In this document: one piece after another, positions 18,698-27,993 of the stretch
How the letters are laid out: the number at the start of each line of letters is the position of its first letter
Numbering within the stretch: the stretch's first letter is position 1
Source: an uncultured Leptospirales bacterium
GTDB taxonomy: Bacteria; Spirochaetota; UBA4802; UBA5550
Direction of reading: 5' to 3'
DNA: 64,000 bases
NCBI GenBank assembly: GCA_964529415.1
Contig: CAZGWD010000003.1
Coordinates: 194,341-258,340, forward strand
The notes under the pieces: model-generated
Databases searched by the model: none
Told to the model about the DNA's origin: nothing
What the model saw: only the letters and a program-made list of their open reading frames with translations
Position numbers and translations under genes: made by a program

Positions 18698-21600
18698 CTA
18701 AAAAAACTTCTGCAAGGTTGACATTAGAAGAACAAGCAGCCCTTCCCTGTCATCTCTCAGAAATATATGCCCGCCTTTCATTACATTCATCTTGAATTCT
18801 TTTGTTGAATGTTTATCCCATGCATTTACCTGATCAACAGTAAATACTGTATCCTTATCCCCTGCAAAAGCAATAAGCGGACAATCAAGAGGCTTGTCAG
18901 ACTTGGCATCATACCTGTATCTTTTACCCATGATTATATCTGCTTTGATGGATGGCAGCATTTCTTTCATGAGGTTTTTATTTGAAAGAACTTCCTCAGG
19001 AATTTCAAGGTTTCTCATATGCTGATAAATTCCTTTAGTGGTATCAGCATCATCGCTTCTGATATCTTCTTCCTTAAGATTCTCTATAATTTTAAACGGA
19101 CTCTTAAGATGAGGAGCTATCCAGCCTCCAGCAAAAAATACAGATGGAAGCTTGTTGTATTTATTCTTGATATGGTTCGCAAATTTAAATGCAATACCAG
19201 CTCCAATACTGTGCCCGTAGAATGAAAAAGGAATATCAAGTAAAGGCTCAATAGTCTCGCCCATGATTCGAATCAGATCTTCAACATCATCGATCGGATT
19301 CTCATCGCTTCTTTCCTCTCTGCCCGGATACTGAACCGCGCATACTTCAACCTCTGCAGGGAGAGTGTCCGCCCATGTAGAGAATGTTGATGCACCGCCT
19401 GCCATGTAAGGGAAGCAGAACAATCTGTGCTTGGCTTTAGGGTTAATTCCTCTTCTGACAAACCATTTATCAACATCAGATTTTGAATGGTGAGCATCAT
19501 CTGCACCGCTTCCGGCTTCAGCTGATAAATCTCCCATCTCATTCAATAATAAATTGGAAAGCTCATTTATGCTCGGTCCTCTCATGATTTTCATCATTGA
19601 GAATTCCACATCAAGATGCACGTGAATCCAGTTTCTCAGCTGATTTGCCATAAGAGAATCAAGTCCCATGTTGTTGATCGGTGTTTCAGGGTCAATCTTG
19701 GCTGCAGACGCTCCGAGAATCCTTGCTATAGTTTCCGTAACATGCTTCTTAAGTATCTCAATTTTCTTGGATGCTTCAGCTTCGGCAATAGCTTTTCTTA
19801 AACTGTCCCCGCCGCCTTTTTTCTTGTCATCAGATGAAACAAAAAGATGCGCGAATCTATGCGAGCTCTTGTCTTTAATATAATATTTGCCGAGTTCCTG
19901 CCAGTCAACTGCAAACGCAGACTTGTGAGGATGTCCCTGCATAACAATTCTGTTAATTGCATCCAGGCACTGTTCAGGAGTAAATGTTCTCCATCCCTGA
20001 CTTGATAGAATAGTTCCAACTTTTTCGCTTCTTGAAACAAATCCGACATTGGAAATAGCTCCCCAGCTGATTGTAGTAGCCTTGAAACCGTTTGCCTGCC
20101 TGTAATACGAGAACATATCAAGGAAAAGATTGGCTGCAGCATAGTTGCTCTGGGCAGGCGTGCCATACTCAGCTGCAATAGATGAGAATGATATGAAGAA
20201 ATCTACCAGCTCATTTGCTATATTATTGTGCAGATTCCATGCTCCCATCACTTTAGGTCGGATAGCAACCATGAATTTTTCATGTGTCATATCAGGTAAA
20301 ATCGCATCTTCAAGTACAAGTGCGCTGTTCACAACTCCGCGAACAGGAGGCATCTCTTTTTTAATTTTCTGGAAAAGATCGAACATCGCGGTCTTGTCAG
20401 CAGCATCGACCTTGGCTTCCATAGCGTGTACACCGCGTGTTTTTAAAGACTCAAGAAAAGCCTTAGCCTCATCAGTTTTAGCTCCGCTTCTTCCGATCAG
20501 AACAAGATTTTTAGCGCCTTTATCAGCAAGCCATCCAGCAACAGTCATTCCGAGTCCTGAGAGACCTCCTACTACAACATAGGTTCCGTCTTCTCTCATA
20601 ATGTCAGAAATATCCGGTGAAGGATTAACATAAAGCTCTTCGCCTTTTATCTTTATGACAACTTTTCCTGTGTGTCTTGCGCTTGCCATTTCCCTGAATG
20701 CATCAACTACATCAGCAATTTTAAAAGAAACAAATGGATGCGGTTCAGCAGATTCACCTCCGAAGAAAGTCATCATCTCTGTAATTACTCTTTCACAAAG
20801 AGCAGGCTTTTCATTCAGAAGTTTGTCTATATCAACTGCAGAATATGTCAGGTTGTTCCAGAAAGGACGCAGACTCAGTCTGCTGTTTTCATAAATATCA
20901 GTCTTTCCTATTTCAATAAATCTTCCGTATTTGCTCAGAATGCTCATGCTTTTATAAATAGCATCACCGGAAAGGGAGTTAAGAATAATATCAACACCCT
21001 CGCCGTTTGTATCGCGCATAATCTCTTCAGCAAACTTCAGGCTTCTTGAATCATAAACATGTTTTACACCGATTGATTTAAGAAACGCACGTTTCTCTTC
21101 GCTTCCTGCTGTTGCGAAAACTTCAGCGCCGATCTGCTGTGCAAGACGGACACCAGCAAGACCAACACCGCCGCTTCCTGCATGGATTAAAACTTTCTCG
21201 CCCTCTTCCATTCTTCCGGGATAAATCAGCGAGTAATAAGCTGTAATATAAGCAAACGGAAGTGTTGCAGCTTCTTCATGAGTCATATTTGAAGGTTTCT
21301 TATATGCATATCCGCTTTTTGTAATTGCAAAAGAGGCGAATGTATCAGCTGCTATTGCAACCACCTCATCTCCTATTTTCCATCCGTCAACACCAGCACC
21401 AAGAGCTGTTACAATACCGGAACATTCCATTCCGAAATGCTTTCCAGTGTAGCCGCCTTTTGGCGCATCCTCATGAAGCATTCCTGTTGCAATCATTACA
21501 TCTTTAAAGTTAAGAGCTGAAGCACAAACCTGTATTTCAATTTCGCCCTTGCCGGGAGTTTTCCTTGATGTTTCCTCAAGTCTCAGATTATCAAGAATTC

Positions 21601-24600
21601 CCTGATCGTGCATTATAAGATGGAAAGGAGTAACACCTGCAGTAATTTTCTTAAGAGATTTTTTCGCTTCCTCTTTAGGATCAACGTGAACATATTTATG
21701 CAGATATCTGGTCTTGCCCCTCAGAGCAACTTCCTCCATCTGATCATCAGCACATATCTCTTTTAAGAGAGAATCAAGCTCAACAGCAGGTGTTTCATGG
21801 CTGATATCAATCACAGTCGCGCCGAGATGCTGGTGCTCATGCATCATTGATCTTGCCATACCCCATACTCCGGCCTGTGAAGGTGATATATGCTTTAAAT
21901 CTCCGATATGGGTTGCGCCGGATGTTACTATCCATAAATGAGGAGCCTTTTCATCTGTATTTCTGAAAAGCTCGCGAAGCATATTAAGCACGCTTGAACA
22001 TCCAAGTGCATAAGCTTCTTCAAGATTTTCATTGGTTATCTGCTCTGTAGGAACATGATTCAGATTCCAAAGATGCACTATGCCTCTGAGATCTTTGGCT
22101 TCCTTAAGTTCCATTTTTTCAAAAATTTTAGCCATATCTGACTGGCTGTAAGGGCTTGCTGTAAAGACTCCATTGCCATTATCTGCAAAGCTCTCTCCAG
22201 GAAAAACTGATATAACCTTTTCCCCTCTGGAAGAAAGTTCTTTAACAAGATAATCTCCAGCGCCTTTCTTGTCATTAAATACAAGCCAGTTATGCGAACC
22301 GTTTGCTGATTCAGGAAGTTCCGCTTTCTGCTCAACAATTTCATAGTCCCTGTTCCTCGCCATAATAACAGTCTGGGCAGATACAGCACTTGCACCTGCA
22401 TCTGTTATGCCGTATACAGAATGATATCCTGTGGATTTGAGCATTTTTTCCCATTTATTAAAAGGCATTGTAGGATGATCAGGTCTGAGATCATAATCCT
22501 CAAACATCCACCATCCTTCTGTTAGACCGAATACAAGGTCAACCCACCATGGGCACTGTGAAACTTCGAGCATTATAAGAAGTCCGTTCGGAGCAAGAAG
22601 ATTCTGAACGTGTGTTAGAGTGCTTGCAATGTTCGGTGTAGCGTGAACAACATCGGATGCTATTACAAGGTCATATGAATTAGGTACAACGCCCTGCTCT
22701 TCAAGATCCTTGCTTATATCAAGAATTTTATACTGTATAAAAGGATAATCTGCAAATCTCTCTTCTGCTTTCATCATGAACATCGGAGAAAGGTCAGTGT
22801 AGAGATAATTTGTTCTGTCTGCAGGAAGAATAGGCAGAACAACATTTGTCATAGATCCTGTTCCAGCTCCAACCTCTGCAATTCTTAAAGTTTTATCAGC
22901 AGGAAGATTTTTCAGAAGTTCAGAAAGAGCTTCCCTTACCATCTCATTGTATTTTTTGAATGAATGGCTTTCCTGGTAGAATTTAACTGTATTTTCCCAC
23001 TCTTCATCAGGGAATAGAAGCTCAACAGGATCAACTTTACCTGTGAAAATATCAGCAAGGAAAGGTCCGCACTTGCCGAGCATGTTCAGTTCATGTATGA
23101 AAGCCGGATATTTTGCATAAAGATCATTGTAGAAAGTAATGCTGCTTATAGCTTCAGGTTTTTTAAGCACCTTCCAGCCTTTGGCAGTTTTTTCAAATGT
23201 ACCATATTCAGCAAGAAGATCAAGAGTACGCTTGACAAGCTTGGGCATATATCCCTTGATAATGCCGAATTCAGAAACAAATGAATCCATTGTGAATTCA
23301 TGACCAATTTCAAATTTAAAACCAAGATCATATAAGCACTTCTCTATATATCTGATTGTTAAAATATTAAGCTGAGGCTCAAATTCTGTATCATATAGAA
23401 TTTTCTCAGCGCCGAGCCTTTTTGATTCAATGTAATCTTTTATGAAGCCTGAAACAGATGCAGGTTCCGGAATATACTCACCCGGCTTTCTTGACTTGAT
23501 CTGGTCAGCTCTTTCTGCAACATTCCACTGATATTCATAAATATGATTGTCGATATTTTTATCGTCTTCGCCTCTTGTTCCCTCGATGTATCTGCATCTG
23601 AAACCGTCAATATCAAGGCAAAGCTCGCCGTTTTCATCATATATTCTAAGCTCGCCTGTAACAAACATGCCTGCAATTTCTTTTAGTCTTCCATATGAAT
23701 AAAGCTTGAGTGTAGGCTTTTTATAGAATCTGATTTTGTCGATATGAACAGGAACCATAACTCCGAGCTTCTCACCCTCTGGAACTGGAACGCTTCCGAA
23801 AAGTGCCTGAAAACAAGCATCAAGAATTGCCGGATGGAAATTAAACTGCTCAATTCCATGCACAATTGACTCAGGAACATGAAGCTCTCCAAGAGCCTCA
23901 CCAAGATATTTCTCGCCTTTAGCGCTATGTCTCCAGCATTTTGTTACTGATCTGAATGTCGGTCCGAGCAGAAGTCCGTCTTTGTACAGTTCATCGTACA
24001 TCGGCTCAAAGTCTACAGGCTCAGTGCATCTTGCCTTGATATAATCAAGTGAAACTTTCTCAAGCTCGAATTCCTCATCAAGGTGACGAAGCTTTCCATA
24101 GATGTGTCTTGTCCATGAATCCTTTTCGCTCTTCCTGCTGAAAATTCCGAATGAGCCGTCTGAAGCTGAAAGATTAAACTGAATTTCTGGAGGATTTCCA
24201 TCGTCCGGAAGATACACAGCCTTTTTAAAATTTATGTCTTCTATAAATCTGAACTTATCCCCGAAAGCCTGCATACCGCAAGTCAGGGCAAGCTCGCATG
24301 ATCCTGCTCCAGGGAAGATGATCGGTCCCTGAACCTTATGGTCTTCTATATATGGATACAATCTTTTATCGAGCTGAATGTCGAACAGGTGATCGTTGCT
24401 GTTTACAGCATTATCTCTGTGAATTCTCACATGTGGGTGAATTCTCTTGCCGAACCTGTTTTCTTTAGATTCAACAGATTCAAGCCACAGGCTTTCTTTT
24501 GCAAATGAGTATAATGGAAGGTCAATAAATTTTCCTTCACCAGCAACCTTCACTGTATCAAGAGCATAACCTGTTGTATAGATCTGTCCGATACCGGAAG

Positions 24601-27160
24601 TAAGCATAAGTTTTTCATTATCTTTTCTTCTCAGAGATGGAACTATTGCGCCTTTTTTGCTGAGCTCTTCAAATGTATCGCTTATGCTTGCAGAAAGAAT
24701 CGGATGCGGAGCAATTTCAACGAAAATTGAATAACCGTCTCTCATCATTTCCTTAACTGCATGATAAAAAAGAACTGTTTCCCTGATATTTCTATACCAT
24801 AGATCAGCATTAAGAGTTTTGCCGTCAATCTGCTTTCCTGTAACTGCGGAATACAGAGGAGTTGATTCCTTGGAAGTCTTGACTTTTCCAACTGATTTCA
24901 GGAATTCATCCTTTATAACATCAAGGTAATGGCTGTGGAAAGGAACATCCACTTTAAGAAATCTGTTGAATACGTCTTTTTTCTCAAGATCAGCTGCAAT
25001 TTTCTCAAGAGATTCTGTATCGCCTGAGAGAGTCAGCATTTTCGGACCGTTTATAACTGCAACGCAGACAAGGCCGTTATAAGGTTCAACAACCTTCTGT
25101 GCTTCAGCCTGTTTTAAAGCTACAGCAAGCATTTTGCCTTTTCCTGCAGCAACAGACTGGCTCTTGCTTCTCCAGTAAATAAGCCTTGTTGCTTCGCTCA
25201 GATCGATAGACCCGGATGCGTAAGCTGCAGCAACTTCACCAATACTGTGGCCTACAATACCGTCAGGATTAACTCCCATTGATTTCCACATTTCAGTCAA
25301 TCCAACCTGAACTGCAAAAATTAGAGGCTGTGCGATTTCAGTTTCATTTACCCTTGAGGTTTTTTCATCTTTCAGAAATTCTTTTATTAAAGAGCTGTTC
25401 TCTTTTTTCAGCCAGCCGAGTTCTTTCAGAATTGCATCAATATCTTCTATAACTTTTTTGAATACAGGCTCTGATTCATAAAGCTCCCTGCCCATTCCCC
25501 ACCACTGAGGCCCCTGTCCTGAATATACAAAAGCAAGTTTAGGTTTTGCATCAGGTCCGAAAGTTACACGGGATGAAGCCAACCCCTGACGCGCCTCGCC
25601 ATTTACAAAAGCTGTAAGTTTTTCAATCAGATCCTCTTTGGTTGAAGCAGCAATTGCAAGTCTGTGGTCATGGTGCGTTCTTCTTGTAAGTGCAGTGTAG
25701 CAGATGTCCTGTAGAGATTCTTTTGTTTCTGAAACAAATTTAATATATTTATTTGCATTATCTTTCAATGACTGCGCGCTTTTAGCTGAAAGAACAAGAA
25801 GATGCATTCCCTTATCTGCCTTTTTAGCTGCTTTTTCAGCTTTCTTTTCATAGCCTTTAAGAACGATATGCGCATTAGCTCCGCCGAATCCGAAAGAGTT
25901 AATACCTGTGTACATATCATTTTTATCTTTTATTGCAGGCCAGTCAATCAGATCAACCGGAACTTCTATATTGTATTCTTTGAATTTTATTTTAGGATTA
26001 GGATTTTTGAAGTGAAGGTTTTTAGGAATTTTTTTGTATTTCATTGCCATAAGAAGTTTTATAAGTCCAGCCATACCTGAAGCAGGCTCTAGGTGCCCAA
26101 CATTTGTTTTAACTGTACCTACAACAACTTTTTCGCCTTTCTTCTTTTTAGATCCGATAACTTCTCCAATGGAAGTACATTCTATCGGGTCTCCAACTGC
26201 AGTTCCTGTACCATGAGCTTCTATATACTGTACAAGGGAAGGATCAATTCCTGCTCTGCTGTAAGCATCATTCATAACATCAATCTGGGCTTCCTGACGG
26301 GGCATGTGAAGTCCGTCTGAAGCGCCATCCTGGTTTGTTGCGCTGCTTAATATCAGGCCATAAATTTTATCTCCATCTCTTTCTGCAGCAGAAAGAGGCT
26401 TGAGAACAGCAACTCCGATTCCTTCGCTTCTAATATAACCGTTTGCAGACTCATCAAATGCTTTAGATCTTCCATCAGGTGACAGAAATCCGCCCTTGCT
26501 GAAACTCATTGCAGTTTCAGGCCTGATAATCATGTTTACTCCGCCTGCAAGAGCCATTTCGCATTCGTCATTCCAGATGCTGCGTGTTGCATTGTGCAAT
26601 GCTATAAGTGAAGAAGAACAGGCTGTATCAACTGTGTAGCTTGGTCCCCTGAAATCATAAACATATGAAATCCTGTTTGTAACAATCGAGTTTGAACCAC
26701 CGCCTACAGTATTTCCTGTTATAGTAACATGTTCAGCAGGGGAAAGCCAGCCTAAAGAGCCGTAATCAGTTGCAGAAACGCCCATGAATACACCGACATT
26801 TTTTCCCTTGATTTTATTAAGATCAAGTCCTGCATCTTCCAGCGCTTCGTAGCTAACTTCAAGAGCAAGTCTCTGCTGAGGATCCATTCGAATTGCCTCT
26901 TTTGGAGCAATACTGAAAAACTGAGCATCAAATTTATCTATATCATTAATAAACCCGCCCCATTTTACACTGATTTTTCCAGGCATATTATAATCAGGGT
27001 GATAATATTTCTCATTATCCCATCTATCAGCAGGAATTTCTGTGATTGCATCAACTCCCGGAGCTAAAACCTTGTCCCAGAATTCTTCAGGGGAATTAGC
27101 ATTACCAGGCATTTTACATCCAAGACCGATTATGGCTATTGGTTCATTCTTTTTTGGCAT
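18698..27160 (-). CDS. Single-module (probably iterative) highly reducing type I PKS/FAS: KS-AT-DH-cMT-ER-KR-ACP-TE
   Basis: KS DTACSSS/HGTGT/NVGHLE; AT GQGPQW, GHSIG, VPFHSH; DH HKVQGPIIFP, DACFQ; MT EVGAGTG, YTDLS, VVHATP; ER LNFKD, IHAGSGGVG; KR GGLSGLG, VLED, YAAAN; ACP GLDSL; TE FPYMAGG, GHSIG, GGHIFL. Confidence 0.95.
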   Translation of the reverse strand: MPKKNEPIAIIGLGCKMPGNANSPEEFWDKVLAPGVDAITEIPADRWDNEKYYHPDYNMPGKISVKWGGFINDIDKFDAQFFSIAPKEAIRMDPQQRLALEVSYEALEDAGLDLNKIKGKNVGVFMGVSATDYGSLGWLSPAEHVTITGNTVGGGSNSIVTNRISYVYDFRGPSYTVDTACSSSLIALHNATRSIWNDECEMALAGGVNMIIRPETAMSFSKGGFLSPDGRSKAFDESANGYIRSEGIGVAVLKPLSAAERDGDKIYGLILSSATNQDGASDGLHMPRQEAQIDVMNDAYSRAGIDPSLVQYIEAHGTGTAVGDPIECTSIGEVIGSKKKKGEKVVVGTVKTNVGHLEPASGMAGLIKLLMAMKYKKIPKNLHFKNPNPKIKFKEYNIEVPVDLIDWPAIKDKNDMYTGINSFGFGGANAHIVLKGYEKKAEKAAKKADKGMHLLVLSAKSAQSLKDNANKYIKFVSETKESLQDICYTALTRRTHHDHRLAIAASTKEDLIEKLTAFVNGEARQGLASSRVTFGPDAKPKLAFVYSGQGPQWWGMGRELYESEPVFKKVIEDIDAILKELGWLKKENSSLIKEFLKDEKTSRVNETEIAQPLIFAVQVGLTEMWKSMGVNPDGIVGHSIGEVAAAYASGSIDLSEATRLIYWRSKSQSVAAGKGKMLAVALKQAEAQKVVEPYNGLVCVAVINGPKMLTLSGDTESLEKIAADLEKKDVFNRFLKVDVPFHSHYLDVIKDEFLKSVGKVKTSKESTPLYSAVTGKQIDGKTLNADLWYRNIRETVLFYHAVKEMMRDGYSIFVEIAPHPILSASISDTFEELSKKGAIVPSLRRKDNEKLMLTSGIGQIYTTGYALDTVKVAGEGKFIDLPLYSFAKESLWLESVESKENRFGKRIHPHVRIHRDNAVNSNDHLFDIQLDKRLYPYIEDHKVQGPIIFPGAGSCELALTCGMQAFGDKFRFIEDINFKKAVYLPDDGNPPEIQFNLSASDGSFGIFSRKSEKDSWTRHIYGKLRHLDEEFELEKVSLDYIKARCTEPVDFEPMYDELYKDGLLLGPTFRSVTKCWRHSAKGEKYLGEALGELHVPESIVHGIEQFNFHPAILDACFQALFGSVPVPEGEKLGVMVPVHIDKIRFYKKPTLKLYSYGRLKEIAGMFVTGELRIYDENGELCLDIDGFRCRYIEGTRGEDDKNIDNHIYEYQWNVAERADQIKSRKPGEYIPEPASVSGFIKDYIESKRLGAEKILYDTEFEPQLNILTIRYIEKCLYDLGFKFEIGHEFTMDSFVSEFGIIKGYMPKLVKRTLDLLAEYGTFEKTAKGWKVLKKPEAISSITFYNDLYAKYPAFIHELNMLGKCGPFLADIFTGKVDPVELLFPDEEWENTVKFYQESHSFKKYNEMVREALSELLKNLPADKTLRIAEVGAGTGSMTNVVLPILPADRTNYLYTDLSPMFMMKAEERFADYPFIQYKILDISKDLEEQGVVPNSYDLVIASDVVHATPNIASTLTHVQNLLAPNGLLIMLEVSQCPWWVDLVFGLTEGWWMFEDYDLRPDHPTMPFNKWEKMLKSTGYHSVYGITDAGASAVSAQTVIMARNRDYEIVEQKAELPESANGSHNWLVFNDKKGAGDYLVKELSSRGEKVISVFPGESFADNGNGVFTASPYSQSDMAKIFEKMELKEAKDLRGIVHLWNLNHVPTEQITNENLEEAYALGCSSVLNMLRELFRNTDEKAPHLWIVTSGATHIGDLKHISPSQAGVWGMARSMMHEHQHLGATVIDISHETPAVELDSLLKEICADDQMEEVALRGKTRYLHKYVHVDPKEEAKKSLKKITAGVTPFHLIMHDQGILDNLRLEETSRKTPGKGEIEIQVCASALNFKDVMIATGMLHEDAPKGGYTGKHFGMECSGIVTALGAGVDGWKIGDEVVAIAADTFASFAITKSGYAYKKPSNMTHEEAATLPFAYITAYYSLIYPGRMEEGEKVLIHAGSGGVGLAGVRLAQQIGAEVFATAGSEEKRAFLKSIGVKHVYDSRSLKFAEEIMRDTNGEGVDIILNSLSGDAIYKSMSILSKYGRFIEIGKTDIYENSRLSLRPFWNNLTYSAVDIDKLLNEKPALCERVITEMMTFFGGESAEPHPFVSFKIADVVDAFREMASARHTGKVVIKIKGEELYVNPSPDISDIMREDGTYVVVGGLSGLGMTVAGWLADKGAKNLVLIGRSGAKTDEAKAFLESLKTRGVHAMEAKVDAADKTAMFDLFQKIKKEMPPVRGVVNSALVLEDAILPDMTHEKFMVAIRPKVMGAWNLHNNIANELVDFFISFSSIAAEYGTPAQSNYAAANLFLDMFSYYRQANGFKATTISWGAISNVGFVSRSEKVGTILSSQGWRTFTPEQCLDAINRIVMQGHPHKSAFAVDWQELGKYYIKDKSSHRFAHLFVSSDDKKKGGGDSLRKAIAEAEASKKIEILKKHVTETIARILGASAAKIDPETPINNMGLDSLMANQLRNWIHVHLDVEFSMMKIMRGPSINELSNLLLNEMGDLSAEAGSGADDAHHSKSDVDKWFVRRGINPKAKHRLFCFPYMAGGASTFSTWADTLPAEVEVCAVQYPGREERSDENPIDDVEDLIRIMGETIEPLLDIPFSFYGHSIGAGIAFKFANHIKNKYNKLPSVFFAGGWIAPHLKSPFKIIENLKEEDIRSDDADTTKGIYQHMRNLEIPEEVLSNKNLMKEMLPSIKADIIMGKRYRYDAKSDKPLDCPLIAFAGDKDTVFTVDQVNAWDKHSTKEFKMNVMKGGHIFLRDDREGLLVLLMSTLQKFF

Positions 27161-27187
27161 TTTTGGTAGATCCTCGCTTGTATTTTT

Positions 27188-27211
27188 ATTGGTAAATTTT
27201 TCTTTACCAAT
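27188..27211. promoter_or_regulatory. Inverted repeat, candidate operator upstream of the synthase
   Basis: ATTGGTAAA-N6-TTTACCAAT, ~28 nt upstream of the start codon. Confidence 0.35.
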
Positions 27212-27483
27212 GTAAATTTTTTTTTACCTTATCAAAAACTAAGCTTATTTTTTCTATCCTTTTTTTTAACACTAAAAAAAAAATTAAAAAAACAGGCTAT
27301 TTTGTTCTTTTTTAACGCTAAAAATGTATAAAACAGCAATAAATGTAAATATCTGAAAATTTTAAAATTTATAAATATTTAGTCATATATATTAATTAAA
27401 ATCCGTACTTGACAAATTTCCGCAAAAAAGGGTTAATTAATATATTAAAAATGACAATACAGTTGTGACAAAGAGAGGAAACC

Positions 27484-27945
27484 ATGGCAGCTAAAGAATT
27501 CGCAGAATACAAATACGGCACTACAACCAATTATTCAAAGGGTATACTGAATTTTATTGCAGTCTCCATGGCTATAGGAATAATCTTTACTGCAATTAAT
27601 ATAAATCCTTATGCTTTAGCATTAATTTTAATACCAATAATTATTATTATTTTAAACAAACGCTCAGCATCCGTAAATTTAATTTTAATTGGGGGCAGAT
27701 ACCTGATCATTGGCACAAATGTGGTTTATTATAAAAACATTGAAAAGACTGAGCTTGATAAAAAAATTGGAAAATTCACATTAACCACAACTGAAGGAAA
27801 TACTTATAATATCAACTCTGCCTCTTTTCCAACCAATGCAAGAAAGCCTGATAAAATTAAAATAAATAAAACAGCCAAGTTCGAAAAGGCAGTTGATAAA
27901 ATAATTGCACGGCTTAAAGAAATAGCTCCGGGCAGCATTAAATAG
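27484..27945 (+). CDS. Hypothetical membrane protein (two TMs plus basic C-terminal beta domain)
   Basis: GAGG RBS, two adjacent hydrophobic helices; no recognisable catalytic motif. Confidence 0.75.
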   Translation: MAAKEFAEYKYGTTTNYSKGILNFIAVSMAIGIIFTAININPYALALILIPIIIIILNKRSASVNLILIGGRYLIIGTNVVYYKNIEKTELDKKIGKFTLTTTEGNTYNINSASFPTNARKPDKIKINKTAKFEKAVDKIIARLKEIAPGSIK

Positions 27946-27993
27946 AAAGTAATTTCTTATGAACGCCAAAACAATCAACCTATTCGGTAAAAA

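Noticed and set aside
18480-18701. 73-aa ORF with PPLG repeats
   Set aside because: Its Pro/Gly motifs are translations of the REP-like hairpins; opposite strand to the operon.
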